A stretch of 64,000 nt of DNA, from the NCBI GenBank assembly GCA_028534125.1, contig CM052817.1:85314001-85378000 (forward strand), given 5' to 3'. Under the pieces are notes generated by a model, which did not search any database, was not told the origin of the DNA, and worked only from the letters and a program-made list of their open reading frames with translations. The translations under genes and the position numbers were made by a program. This document shows, piece after piece, positions 1 to 12,381 of this stretch. This DNA comes from Lama glama. Lineage: Eukaryota. Positions within the stretch are counted from its first letter, which is position 1, and the number at the start of each line of letters is the position of its first letter.

Positions 1-503
1 CGTACCCTCCAAATCACCACCCTTGAGAGAATCTTCTATAGCTCTGTCTGCCTCAGAAATGTGCAGCTCCTTCCTCAGAACCACTTACGCTAACCAAACT
101 GTTAGCACCTGCTGAACCTCCTCTACATCAGTCATCAATCATCAGCAATCAGGCAGCTACTTGATAATTAGTTGAGAAGGGGAAAAACACTTCAAAGAAC
201 TAAAAATATTTTCCACAGTGACTTTGTGCATAAAATAATTATTTTCCCTCTGTTAATCCTCTTACATGTCTTTGTGCAATAGGAAAACTTAAAAATGCAG
301 TGCACGTGTATCAGTGTAATTCAATGTATGGTATGCTTGTTTATCCAAGGTTACTAGGAAAGCAATGCATGACAGATGTGGACTGTAATGTATTATATAC
401 ATAATTTAATTTTTTCATTTTATAGATATTGCCTTTATCACCTTTCTTGATAAACGAAGAGTTTAGAAAACAAGTAAGAGCCACATAGTTTGAAAGTAGC
501 GAA

Positions 504-690
504 CAGCACTGCACTAACATAGTCATGTGTATTAACCCATTGAATCCTCACAAATATCCCATGTGAAATGTACTGTTTTTATCTCCACTTTGCAGAGGAA
601 CTCTGAGACAGAGAGAAAATGACATGCCCAAGATCATACAACTGATAGGTGTCATGTTGGGAAACAGTTTGGCTCCAGATTCCATATCCT
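504..690 (-). mobile_element. MIR SINE relic
   Basis: Antisense MIR core: 'attgaatcctcacaa...tatctccactttgcagaggaactctgagacagagag...tgcccaagatcataca'. Confidence 0.75.
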
Positions 691-3600
691 GACCACAGGG
701 AACAGGTAAGATCCAAAAATACTTTTAATAATAGACACACAGAGGCAAATCAACAGAAACACAATGTGCCTATTGTTTTGATGAGTATCCACCTAATTAT
801 TAGCCTTATATATATTTTCACTAAGCAACATACATGGGGCTGACGTCTAACAATAAAATAATAATAAAAATAAAGATGATAATACTGAAGTCGTAGTAGG
901 TAATAATTACTGTGTTACTCTGTGCAAGACTATACAGTTTATACAGTTCTTTATATGTTTCATCTCCCATGATAGATTACAGACCCAACTCAGATTCTGT
1001 GGCTGTATTCTCAACCACTGCTCATTAGTTACAGAAGTGGAAAAACTCATTGCCTTTAAGTCATCAATTTTCAAAACTTGCCAAAAGCTAGGTAAAACAT
1101 TTCCAGTATGAGTAGTTAAAATAACATTTCACGATCTTCCATTTTTCTCCTGGGATCTGTATGTTTCTAATTTGAGAATTTGCCCCCTCCCCCAAAAGTA
1201 TCTTTACAGAGTACCATAATGTAGAGATCCTTTGATATAAGAATCTTTATGCTTGATTTTTGTCCACACTTCACTGGCAATTTTAATTGCTACCTGTATT
1301 TATGCACATACAGATATACCAACTCTGCTTTGACAACTGCAGAATTCATTGCATCTGTTGTATGAGACTATATAAGTTTGTGTGAGGTGTGAATTAGAAA
1401 AGATATAATGAAAATATACACTTCACTTCATTAGTTTCCATGACATTAGAAAAGTCCAGCATGTATTTTAAATATCTACCCTAAGGTTTTAATAAACTTA
1501 ACTTGCCCAGCAGCTGTGCAGGCATGTCTAATGTGGCTATTTGTTCCTGCAGCACAATATCTTTCACGTAGAGATGCAAATAAAAAGAGAGAAGAAGCTT
1601 GGAAAATGTATAGGTACATTTCACAGGCATATTTCACAAATTATTTTTTACTTTCCTGCAGTTATAGCTTAATTGGGTAATCATTCCATTCTTTGTAAGT
1701 GCACACATTTTTTTTATTGTATTCTTTTGTGACCAGTAATTATTCTTTTATTTATAAATAAACACTAATATGCTAAGACAATAAAATAAAATATTGGAGT
1801 GGGAGAAAAAAGTGATGAGGAATAAAGGATGCTGTACCATATTGATACTTTCCATTTTTTGAATCACCATTTATTTTTAGAAGAGACTGAAAATAAGAGC
1901 TCTTTAAATATTTAGGCTTGTAAGTCTTTATGAGTAGAAACTATTTCAAAAGTAGAATTTAAAAGGGGAGATATTGATTTTTTTGTTTTGTTTTCTGAGA
2001 TAGGAATCTTTTTATTCTTTAAATAAATGTGTCTGTAATTATACTGATCCAGATATGAGTTCTCTTTTCTGATGGATTTAGATGCGGGGGAGATGGAAGT
2101 AAAATCTTAAAACAGGACTTAAAGAAAAAAGGTGAAAAGAAGGGGAAAAGAAAGACAGGAAGGGAAGAGATCCTATGAAGTTTTTTATAAGGAAAACACA
2201 CCTCATTCATTTATATATATATCTACACGGAGTATACATATTTGGTAGAAACCAAAGCAAGGGGAAATAGGCTCCTTATATGCTTTAAAAATGGTAACAG
2301 GATGCATAAAACTCAACTATTTTCTGTAACTATGAAAATCCTACCAAATTTGTAATAAAGCTAGCTCAGATAGAGATTCAACAAGTTTAAGAAGGGAGGA
2401 AAAAAGGAAAATAAGTAAGTAACAGAAAATCAGAGAAAGTGCAACCAACACACACACATAGAAAGTGAGAGCAAGAGAACCACTAAGGCTGGGGAAGAAG
2501 TAAAGAGATGCAGACATTGTAAGAGATAGATATCCTTGGGGAAACAGAGACATAAAATGTTAGCCTTGAAAGCACACGTGCGTCTCTTCTAACTGTATTG
2601 TGTTTCATGATATATTCATCTGAGCATTATTTTTCACATAATAGGCTTGGTATCAACTGTTTTAGTGGATTATTGTGAGAATTAAGTGGTATAATGATCT
2701 GAAAATGCCCAGGACAGAGAATATTTTAAAGATGCACTATAAAATTATGTCATTGATGAACACAAATGGAAAAATAATAACTAAAGCCTTATTTAGAGAA
2801 AAGATCAGAAAGAAGGAAAATAAAAGATGAAGACATCAAAAATTAGAAAGTTAGATATATGCATAAAGAGGAACACAAAGTCAATTTTAACTCAAGGGAT
2901 ACATTCTTGAAATCACAGAAAATCATCAGCATTTCACTTTATAGATGCTATTTCAGAAAGCGCAAATTATCCTTAGTGAATTTCAGGGATACACAATCTT
3001 ATAATGTGTGTTAAAGCACTGAGAGGCCAAGATTAAAGTCATTTTCATTTCATTCTCTTTAGTTAAAGGAAATAGAGTCCCTCAGAATAAAAGAGAAAGT
3101 CAGCTTTGTAAGAACTTACCTGTAAAAGTTACTGTTCTCACACCTGTGACCAGGAGTAGTAGAACATTTAGGAAGTTGATCTTTTACTTCTTGACAGTGG
3201 AAAAACACTAACATCCTTTGCTCTGAGAGGTCAAACATGGTGGTTTATGTTTTCCCCTAAAATGAAAATAATGTTTTCTGTTTCAAAGAGAAGTCTTTAA
3301 GCTGTTTCCAACAAAGACCTTTAAAGTCATTTTTCACTTGCACGATTATAAATTGAGATCTTATTTTTAATTTTTGTCCTACAAATTGGACTAAACTAAG
3401 AAGGGAGTTGAATTGAGTCCAGCATTCATAAACTCTCCTCTCTTCATTTTAAATGGTTGAAATTTTAGTATTTTTTGAAATATTTGATTTGTGTTTTGAA
3501 TTTATCATTAGTTCAGATATAACCTCCAAATTTCAGGTAAGAAACTACTATATAAATGAATAAATTAAAGCAAGAAAAATTCTTGAATAATGTCATTTAC

Positions 3601-3916
3601 TGAATTGGTGATGAGTGAACTTGCTTTGATGATATCAATTTAAATATCAAATAAATGTGGAAGCATTGGCATTTTGACCCACAAAACATTGAATTTAAAT
3701 AGATGAGTGAACATATAGAACCTAATGAAGAATTTATTTCATTAAAGAAAGGTAATAATTTATTGAGGCATTTTGTTTGGCTATTAAGATACAAGCTAGA
3801 ATTTTGCTTTTATCAGAACATTTTTTCAGGTAGTATAAAAGTGTTTGTTGAAAGGGAGAAGTAAGTATTTACCAGGGTTATTCTCACAGATGATGCATGT
3901 ATTAATTATCAAACTG

Positions 3917-5175
3917 GGGTTTTATCTTATTCTTTTGTCTGTAAAATGTTCCTTTGTCTCCTCATTTTGTCTAAGTTGCTATTTGTATTTTTAAGTATGA
4001 AGTAGGTTGGTTACGTTTCTCGCCTTGGCAAAGTGGCCTTCTGTAGGAGACATCTTATGTATCCCAGCATATTCCCCTCTCATCACCCAAGCTGTATACT
4101 CTAGAGTTTCCCCCTAAGAGGTTTGTGGTGGGTCTTTCTGTCACGGAGGGCTGATTTTGTGGCCCCCCAGCCCGGTTGGTTGCCAGGCCTTGCCTTGTGC
4201 AGTTGCTGCCGGCTGTTGGTTAGTGGTGCCTGGCCCCTTGGCAGCTGGCTGCAGAACCCCAGGGGACCCCAGGGCTAGTGCTGACTCACCAGTGGGTGAA
4301 CCAGGGTCCAGAAGACTCCAGAGCTGTTGCCTGCCCACTGCTGGGTGGAGCTGGGTCTTGGCCATCTGGTGGGAGGGACTGTGTCTAGTGGCATGTCTAG
4401 AGGCAGCTGTGGGCTCAGGAAGACTTTAGGTAGTCTGTTCGCTGATAAATGGGGCTGTGCTCCTGCCTAGTTAGTTGTTTGACTTGAGGTGTCCCAGCAC
4501 TGTCGCTTACAGGCTGTTGAGTAGCACCAGGTCTTGACACTAATGAGCTAGAGGAAGGGTCCCTGGATGTTGCCTGACTGCACCAGTATTCACGTGGTAG
4601 AACGAGATCCCAAATATGGTTGCTGCCAGTGTCTGTGTCTCCAGGGTGAGCCAGAGCCACCCCTGCCTCTCCAGAAGACCCTCCAAGACTGGCAGGTAAA
4701 TCTGGCCCAGGTTCCTATCAAATTACTGCTTTTTCTCTGGGTTCTGGTGCATGGGAGATTTTGTGAGCCCTTTAAGAGTGCAGTTGCTATTTCCCCTAGT
4801 CCTGTGGGGCTCCCAAAATCATGCCCTGCTGGCCTTCAAACCCAAATGTGCTTGGGGCTCATCTTCCCAGTGCAAGACCCATGGGGAACCCAATGTGAGC
4901 CTCAGAACTCTCACTCCTGGGGGAGAACCTCTGCAATATAATTATTCTCCCAGTTTGTGGGTTGCCCAGCCTAGAATATGGGACTTGATTATATTGTGAG
5001 TCTGCCCCTCTTACCTGTCTCATGGTTTCTTCTTTGTGTTTTTAGTTGTGGATCTTCTCTGGTTGGTTCTGATCTTTTTCATCAATGATTGTTTTGCAGA
5101 TAGTTGTGATTTTGGTGTGTCTATGAGAGGAGGTGAACTCAGGATCTTTTTATTCCATCATCTCAGCCAATCCTC
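3917..5175 (-). mobile_element. LINE-1 5' fragment (5'UTR plus first codons of ORF1)
   Basis: GC-rich island. The minus strand starts 'gaggattggctgagatgatggaataaaaagatcctgagttcacctcctc', a decayed L1 5' start. The minus-strand ATG at 3965 reads MRRQRNILQTKE*DKNP, a typical L1 ORF1p N-terminus. Possible TSD taattatcaaactg (3903-3916) / taattatccaatctg (5176-5190). Confidence 0.85.
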
Positions 5176-5389
5176 TAATTATCCAATCTGAATGACATGG
5201 ATAGTTCATTTCACTTTTCTATTTAATTTGCATAGATTTCAAAATGCCTCAGTTGTACTGGGTTTTTGTCAATTATCACCCACCCAATCATTAATTATTT
5301 CCTAAAAGGTGCATTTTATTTTCATGTAAGTTGGCTGCATATAAACATTCAAAATAGCCCAACTATTGTAACTAATGTCTGCATAGTGC

Positions 5390-5790
5390 TTCTGTGGTTT
5401 CAGATTGCTTTCACATACATTACTTATTTGCACTTCTCAACAAACTTATGATATAGATATTAATAACCCTTTTTGTGATAAAACTTTGTGTCAGAGTAAC
5501 TTTAAGGGACTTTCTCATAGACTAAATGAAGGGACAAGGACTTCTTTCCAGTCATGATTTTAAATCCTGTATTATTTATGCTATACTATGCTATTTGATG
5601 TAGTGATTTAGATCATTGATTCTGGCACCTTACTGCTTGGCTTAAGATTCTTCCTTCATTTACCAGCTGTTGACATGGTGTGAATTAATTAATACCTGTG
5701 AGTCTTAGTTGCCTTATTTGTAACATAAAACTTATAATAATAAAATATCCTTACAAGGCTAGCTCTGTAATTTGCATGATCCATTGCAAA
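5390..5790. mobile_element. Two degraded MIR relics in opposite orientations
   Basis: Antisense core 'cacttctcaacaaacttatgatatagatattaataacc', then sense core 'gtgagtcttagttgccttatttgtaacataaaacttataataataaaatatccttacaagg'. Confidence 0.5.
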
Positions 5791-6599
5791 AAGAGACCTG
5801 TCTTCAAGAAGCAGGAAAAAAAAATATCATTAAAGGTACTGAAATATAATGCTTTTCCCTTTTATAGTCTCATGATGATTTTTTTGTTTCTCATTTTATC
5901 ATTTAAAGAAGAAATATTAAAAATTGAAATTATTAGCACAAATTATACCATTCATCTTTATAATAATGCAATGTCAGTTTAAAATAAGAACATGAGGACA
6001 TTTAGCCTGTATATGAAAATCGCTGATATTTCACAGTTCTTATTTCATAGCTCATATATGCATATCTATTTTGCTTCTACCTGTGGAATGGGAATACTTC
6101 ACAAAATAAACTCACCTATTTTTATTTTACTTATTGAAATGTACACATTCTACCAGTAGTCTCTAGCTATAGCTTGCTGATGAGTAAGGAAGGACAAACT
6201 TTGGAAATTGGTTTACCCTATTTTTCTCTTCCTTTCTATGTTATTCTTTTAGCATAAATGGTTGAATACAGGGAAATGACATGAAAGGAAGGATATGAGA
6301 GGGTTCTTTGGTTGTTCATGTTTCTTGGAATGCTGTTGCTTTCTTTCCGTGTTCATAATAAGTTCTGATTTGAAGAGAATGAATGGCATCTTAGAGCTAT
6401 CAGCACCTCTGTTCAACTCAGTGACAGACATAACATGTTTAAACTTGTCTTGCTTTGAGTCTCCCTGACCTCCCATGCCATTGTGGGTCCCCTGAAATTT
6501 TATACACTTGGGGCATTGTGAATGGTGTATGCAAATAAAGTAGCGAGGAATGGGGATTGTATGTTTCATGTAGCTCCTCAGCTTTTGTGCATGCTTCAT

Positions 6600-6747
6600 T
6601 GTCCCATCAGACTTAATTTAAAAACATGTATTCATTGATATAGTTATTTAGACTATCAAAATGATGACTGCAGATCATTAAACAGGCCCTTCTGAGCATG
6701 AAGCTCTGTGCAAATGCACAGGTCTCACATCCCTGAAGCTTGCCCTG
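6600..6747 (-). mobile_element. MER91-like hAT (Tip100) non-autonomous DNA transposon
   Basis: Reverse complement begins 'cagggcaagcttcagggatgtgagacctgtgcatttgcacagagcttcatgctcagaagggcc', matching the recalled MER91B/C terminus. Confidence 0.65.
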
Positions 6748-6771
6748 TTGTCCTTGAAGGGTTATTGGAAG

Positions 6772-7372
6772 TGTTACCAGGAGGAGGGAAATAAGAATTA
6801 TCTTAGTTCTTAGTCACCTGAAAAAAAATTTTTTTTAACGAGAGGCAGAAAGTGTGATATAAACAAGATTTTATTAGTAAAGTAAAAAGGTAGTAAAATA
6901 TAGTACACTCCCAAGAATTGGGAGCAGGCTAATCCAAGAGGGGAAAAATGGCACCACTCCTTTGTTTTGCCTGTTTTTATATCCTGGCTTAAGGGCGTTT
7001 TTCATGACTGATTGATTGATTTGTGGCTCAGGTTCTTTTGAATGCTCAGGCTGACTGATACCTTGTGCTCGGGTATGCTCATCCCTTTTGGGGCAGATAC
7101 TAACCCATGAAGCACACAGAGAAACCTATGGGAGGGGGCTAAAACTGTAAAGTTAACTACATTATAATGAGCATTGGGTTAAGTTAAGCCAATCCTTCTC
7201 TCTATTGAGCAGATGCAGCGTTGGATCCTAGCCAGCTTCTCTGCTGGCCCTCATTTAGAGAAAGCTTTTAGAGCCCCTTATCCTGAGTGCAGGCATAGCA
7301 TTATTTTCTGGGTTGCTCCTTTCCCCTTTCTCTCCCTCTGCCCAGTGCTCATTTCTATCTAACTGCCTAACA
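6772..7372 (-). mobile_element. Solo LTR, ERV1-like
   Basis: TGTTA...TAACA terminal inverted repeat. Perfect 4-bp TSD GAAG (6768-6771 / 7373-7376). Minus-strand TATA box (~6975-6982) and AATAAA (~6870-6875) in U3-R-U5 order. Confidence 0.9.
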
Positions 7373-7732
7373 GAAGGACTTCATTCATAAGTTAATACAT
7401 GTAGGTTACCTAGAAGAGTTCTTCATTCTCAGTCAACACTTACCCAGTGTTAACCTACTATTACTAAGAGGTAATTATTAAACAGAGGTAGGCCATTGCT
7501 TTATTATATCAAGTATACCTGAATAAAGTTAATAAATTTATATTAACTAGAGGACTTCAGATGAGATGAGTGACCCCATATTGCACATACAATAAAAAAC
7601 AATTCTGTGTAAAAGGTACAGGAACCGCTGAATCAGAAATCCATTTAAGGTTCAACTGGACATGTTTGATAACACTGCAAGAACAGCTGATCCTCTTTTA
7701 AGAAAACATTCTGGATTATAGTAAAATAATCT

Positions 7733-7900
7733 AGCATGGAGCTTGAAAGCACATGCTTAAGAGTCAGACAAACCTGTGTTCTTAGCTTGAATCATTTTGG
7801 TTTTAGCTTGTGTATTCTTAGATCTCAGTTTCATCAATTGTAAAACGCTAATAACAAAATACCTAGAATTTGTTTTGAGAATTAAATCAGGTAATACATA
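7733..7900 (+). mobile_element. MIR SINE relic, apparently interrupted by the following LTR
   Basis: 'aagagtcagacaaacctg...tctcagtttcatcaattgtaaaacgctaataacaaaatacct...ttgagaattaaatcaggtaatacata'. Confidence 0.65.
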
Positions 7901-8384
7901 TGATAACAAATTGAAAATATAATGAAGTAGTCACAATTTGGGCATACAAAGATGAGTTAGGCAGCCATTGAGGATCTGGTTTCAGATAGGTCTCTACTCC
8001 ACTGAGAACCTGAACTTTCTTTGAATTGCATCAGGCCTAAGGACACCCCCAGCCATATTTGGAACATCACCTGCCAGCTGCAACGTTATGATCTCAAAGT
8101 CTCTCCCTGTAACTGTGCAACCATTTCAGACTCCAACCAATCCTTGCTTAACAAGCACCCTTACTTCTCACTAGCTCCAGTTATAATTCTTGATAAACAA
8201 CTCAGGTAACTAACTGCAACCTTGTGGGTTTTGCCTTTATAGACCTCCTTCATGTTGTAGTCTGGTGGAACACGATTCAAGTGCTTCTTGAATCTCTGTC
8301 TCCTGGGCTGCAATCCTAAAAAAACCCCAAATAAATGCCTCTTTATTTCAATCAGGTATCCATTTCTCAGATTTTGCTTAATGC
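7901..8384 (+). mobile_element. Solo LTR, ERV1-like (MER34/MER39-type architecture)
   Basis: 'ttgcctttataga' TATA-like element, 'ttgaatctctgtctcctgggctgcaatcct', AATAAA at ~8330 and a short U5. Ends are degraded. Confidence 0.6.
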
Positions 8385-9123
8385 ATGTGAACCATTTATT
8401 TAATTGCTCATATTGTCATTGTCCTCCTCCTCCTCATTGTTATATGTAAAATCCAATCATTTAATTAGCATCTACACATAAAAGGTACTGAGTGAAGGGA
8501 TAGGGCAATTAAAAATAAACATTCAGGGGTATGAATTTATCATTTATTTCTATATTTGGTTCAAAAATTTACTAGCTATATAAAGACAAGCAAAAATGCA
8601 ACTGTATTGTTTCCCAAATTCCTAAGCCTGCACATTCTCTTTCTCAGCAGGGCACTCTGTGCCCACACAGTGTTTCCGGCTTTGTCACTGAGCACAGCCA
8701 TTCAGTGCCATTGTAATGAGAAGTTTTATCCTGCTCTAAAGACTTCTCCAATGAGTGATAAAGGTAATTATGTTTCAGAGGTTATATCAAGTTCAGCTAA
8801 AAAATAAAAACTTTGAATTCACATCTGTGACAATTCCATTTAGGCTATGGTAAATATTTTAGTTTTGTTTTTAAAGGTCTCTCACCTTACAGCCTCGTAA
8901 ATAATGAAGTGTCTCAGCTGATACAGAAACATACACACAATAGTTTAGAATCACTAAATTTTTTTCTTTTTTGTGTGTTTTATATTGTTCATCAGTGATT
9001 TAGAGCCTTTTCCCTTAAATTCCATCAACCCTTATGTACAGTGATATAACTATCCCCAAATAAGTATCAATTAAATCAGTCAAGTAATAAATATTTTAAA
9101 TAGTTGATATTTTAACAAATAAT

Positions 9124-9480
9124 TGTTGAAATAGCTTTCTAGGCTCAAAATGAAGCTGCTTCTGCCCAAGTGCCATGTCAGCCATCCGAAACTGAGGTAA
9201 CTTTCATGTCCCTGTAAATGTCATGTTTGACCAGAAGGTGTATCCAGTCAGCCAGTCATAAACACCAAGCCAGCTCTGGGCCTTCTTACCCCAGAGTTGA
9301 CTGTATGGTCCCAGCCAATCAGATATCTTCTATTTTTCTTTTCCTTGTCCTTTATTCTTTATCCTATAGAAGCTGTCTATCTTCTGCTGCATTTTGCAGT
9401 TCTCTGAATGGAGAGTGTCCGCTTCATAAAGTGTTAAATGAATTTTGTATACCTAAATTGTTTTCTTTAATCATTTTTAA
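9124..9480 (+). mobile_element. Solo LTR, ERV1-like
   Basis: Starts TGTTGAA. CCAAT box 'cagccaatcag' at ~9315, TATA-like 'cctatagaa', U5-like 'cctaaattgttttctttaa'. Possible 4-bp TSD taat (9120-9123 / 9481-9484). Confidence 0.6.
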
Positions 9481-11261
9481 TAATTTTAACATTTATAAAC
9501 CTATGAAATGTTTAGTCAGTTATATGTTTATGTCTAGTTATTTGTTTCTTCTTAAGAAGAGGTTAGAATATTTAAGAGCACCAAAGTCTTTTACTATATC
9601 ATTGTAGCATTAAGAACATTTTAATAGCGAAGAGTATCCATCATTCTGTCAGAACTTACTTTGTTTACTTATTCAGCTCTTCATTCTAGAACACCTTTAT
9701 GTCAAGTATTTTAGTAGAAACTGACTGTTCAGTAGTGAACAAATCGAAAATGAAGATGTTTCTTCCTTTATATGAAATCATTTGTCTGTTTTATAATCAT
9801 CCTTAGGTTATTTGAGTTAATTCAGCATAAGCCCTTTTGTTCAACATTAATCATATCAATTATCTGGAAATTTGTACATAAAGTTTTTTTGGTAATTCAT
9901 TTCAACCACAGAACACATAGGACGAAAGGTTCCAAATCCTTGTCTCAGGACTGGCACTAAAACTACACTTTAGAAATCAGTAGCAAAAGAAAGAATGAAA
10001 GAAAAAAAAAAAGAACAACATTGCACAACACAATTTATTCAGTATAAATTTCTTGCTGCTAATTGTGTGGCTGATTATTTAACACTTTGTTGTTAAAATG
10101 TCCTTTCTTTTATGGAATGAATAGCGATATACATAGTAGATTTGCATATGTATAAATTAAACATACGGCTACTCCATTAAGAAAAATGATTTTCCTTGAA
10201 ATTCAAAGCAAATAGGCAGTATAGTAGTTACGTAACTAAGGTAAGGTAGAAATAAATTTGTAACTTGAATAATTAGCCTCTATTTTATAGGTATGTTTTA
10301 TATCAATAGTACCATAGACATAAAGTTAAGGACAAGTAAAGTCTTTTGAAGTCCTATTTCAAATTAATGTTAAAACCCTAATAGGCAAGTTAGTTCTACC
10401 GATACATACACCCAAGCCAATATTCTTTTAAAATAATGGTACGATAGTAGCAGACCAGTTGTATTTAATTAGGCATATGGCCTTAATGGTTTATTTGGGA
10501 GTTTGATTCCTGAAATGTTTGGTTGGCACAAAAAGACATGGGATAAAGCCAAACCCTTTTCATACATATGAAAAGTGCCACATTCATGATCTCTACACTG
10601 TCTGTTGGATATTACTGAGATGGAAAATAGAGCAAGGTTAAATGTTTTTCTCTCAAATTGAAAAAACATTAAGCTAAACAAAAGGTCTAATTATCCCTGG
10701 AAACAACATCATTAGAACACTTTATGCAAAAGTACAAGATACTCTATTTAAAGTAAAATGTTGACATATATATCTGTATGGAAGTTTACCATGATGTCTG
10801 TGATGTATACCATTTTAGAAATTTGAACAATCACCTAAAACTTTTTTTCTCATGTAAATATACTATATTTCAATATTTTTTGTGATTTCAGGCAGAATTT
10901 AGAGTGATCAGGAGAGTATGAAGAGATACTTAACTTAGGAATCAGATTATAAATATTATAAATTTCATAAACAAGTCATATGAGACTCCTTTTACCAATT
11001 AAAAAAAAATTCAAATTCCTCAAGAACATTACTTGTTATTCTTTTCTCCTGTTCCAATGACTTTGATAAGATATTATTTTATCAGTATGACCCAAATTTT
11101 TATTTTAAGTCCATTTGCTCACCTCCCCTTACAAAATGCCTTATATACCATCAAACTGGCCCTAGTGTTGCTCCCAGAACATAGCTACACATTTCCCATT
11201 TGTACTTCTTTTCTCTCTAATTTTTTCAGGTACCATTTCAACAGGGTGGGAGGAATGGAAT

Positions 11262-11476
11262 GGGAGCAATGGTCCTAGAGTGAGATTCCCTGAGTTTGAA
11301 TCCTAGCTCTGTTACTTAACTGTGTGGGGTGTCAGAATCTGTCTGAGTCTCAGTATCTTGGTCCATAAATTATAGTATGAAAGTTATAGTGAGGAATAAG
11401 TACGATAATATAAGTAAATCACACAAAGCAGCTCCTAGCACACAATAAGCATACAGACAGTTTAGCAGTTATTATC
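11262..11476 (+). mobile_element. MIR SINE relic
   Basis: 'ctgagtttgaatcctagctctgttacttaactgtgtg...tctgagtctcagt...gttatagtgaggaataag...cctagcacacaataagc'. Confidence 0.75.
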
Positions 11477-11959
11477 CATCTAGATCCTACTTATCCATCA
11501 AGCCCCTTATGAACAGTGCTTTCCAATATCCTGTGTCCCAGATGTCATCCAACCTTAGTTTTCCCTTGATTCCAATATTCAACCTTTTATTATATTATTT
11601 CTGTCCTAGTCTTTTTTCCTTAATAGATTATAACTTCTTCAGCATAGGGTTTGTGTCATCTTTCTTTATAAAACTCTAAGACGTATTCACATGAGAAATA
11701 TATGGTAACATGAAAAATTGAAGGTCCAAAAGTTTGCAATGATAATATGTCATTGAAACCTGCAGTGGAATGTAACCTATTATTTGCTCTAGTGCTAATA
11801 TGTAATTATTCTCTTACTTTGGCCATATGGCAGAGGGGGTGAATATCTTGTTAATTGTTTCTAAGATGTTGTAGCAAATTCATACAAATTTGCAAGGTTA
11901 TAAACTGATGGTTCTGCGAGTGAAAGAAGTTTTGAAGATGGACCAATGAAACAGCTGTG

Positions 11960-12381
11960 GACACTGCCAACTATTCCACGATCAGGGCTGTGCACACATA
12001 TACTTGTTCTCCTTCTGTCCACAAAGTAGTGTTTCACTTCCCATTCATTGTGAAGTTAGGCATTGCCAGGTAACCTACTGTGAACAATGAAATGTGAACA
12101 GATATGCTATGTCTCATGTCCTGGTGGAAGTTTTAAAAGCTGACAAGTTAACTCTTCATATATTTTCCCCCTTCTCCTGCCATCAAAAAAAATACTCACT
12201 TAGAGGAAGGCTTTGTGGTCCTCAGTCTCTGATTACTCTGATCAGGATCTCTGTCTTTCTACCCCATGCACCTCTATTAAAAATATCTTGTGAATGAAGA
12301 ATAAATCTTTGCTTCATTTAGCCGTTGGTGTTCTTATATTTTGTGTTTCTGTTGCATAACCTAACTTACCGTGACTAATCA
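11960..12381 (+). mobile_element. MaLR LTR (old MLT1J-like)
   Basis: 'caatgaaatgtgaacaga...tcctggtggaagttttaaaagc' and 3' end 'aataaatctttg...gcataacctaacttaccgtgactaatca'. Confidence 0.65.

Noticed and set aside
1499..1529. p53-like half-sites TAACTTGCCC and AGGCATGTCT around a CAGCTG E-box
   Set aside because: The spacer is 11 bp and one half-site is imperfect, which is expected by chance in 64 kb.
4141..4999. Cluster of 74-124 aa ORFs on both strands
   Set aside because: They lie in the GC-rich L1 5'UTR, where stop codons are rare. No recognisable domain.
6249..6599. 116-aa minus-strand ORF
   Set aside because: No recognisable homology or exon context, and it adjoins a DNA transposon relic.
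9218..9607. Longest ORF (129 aa)
   Set aside because: It starts inside an LTR and runs into AT-rich flank. The sequence does not resemble any protein I recognise.
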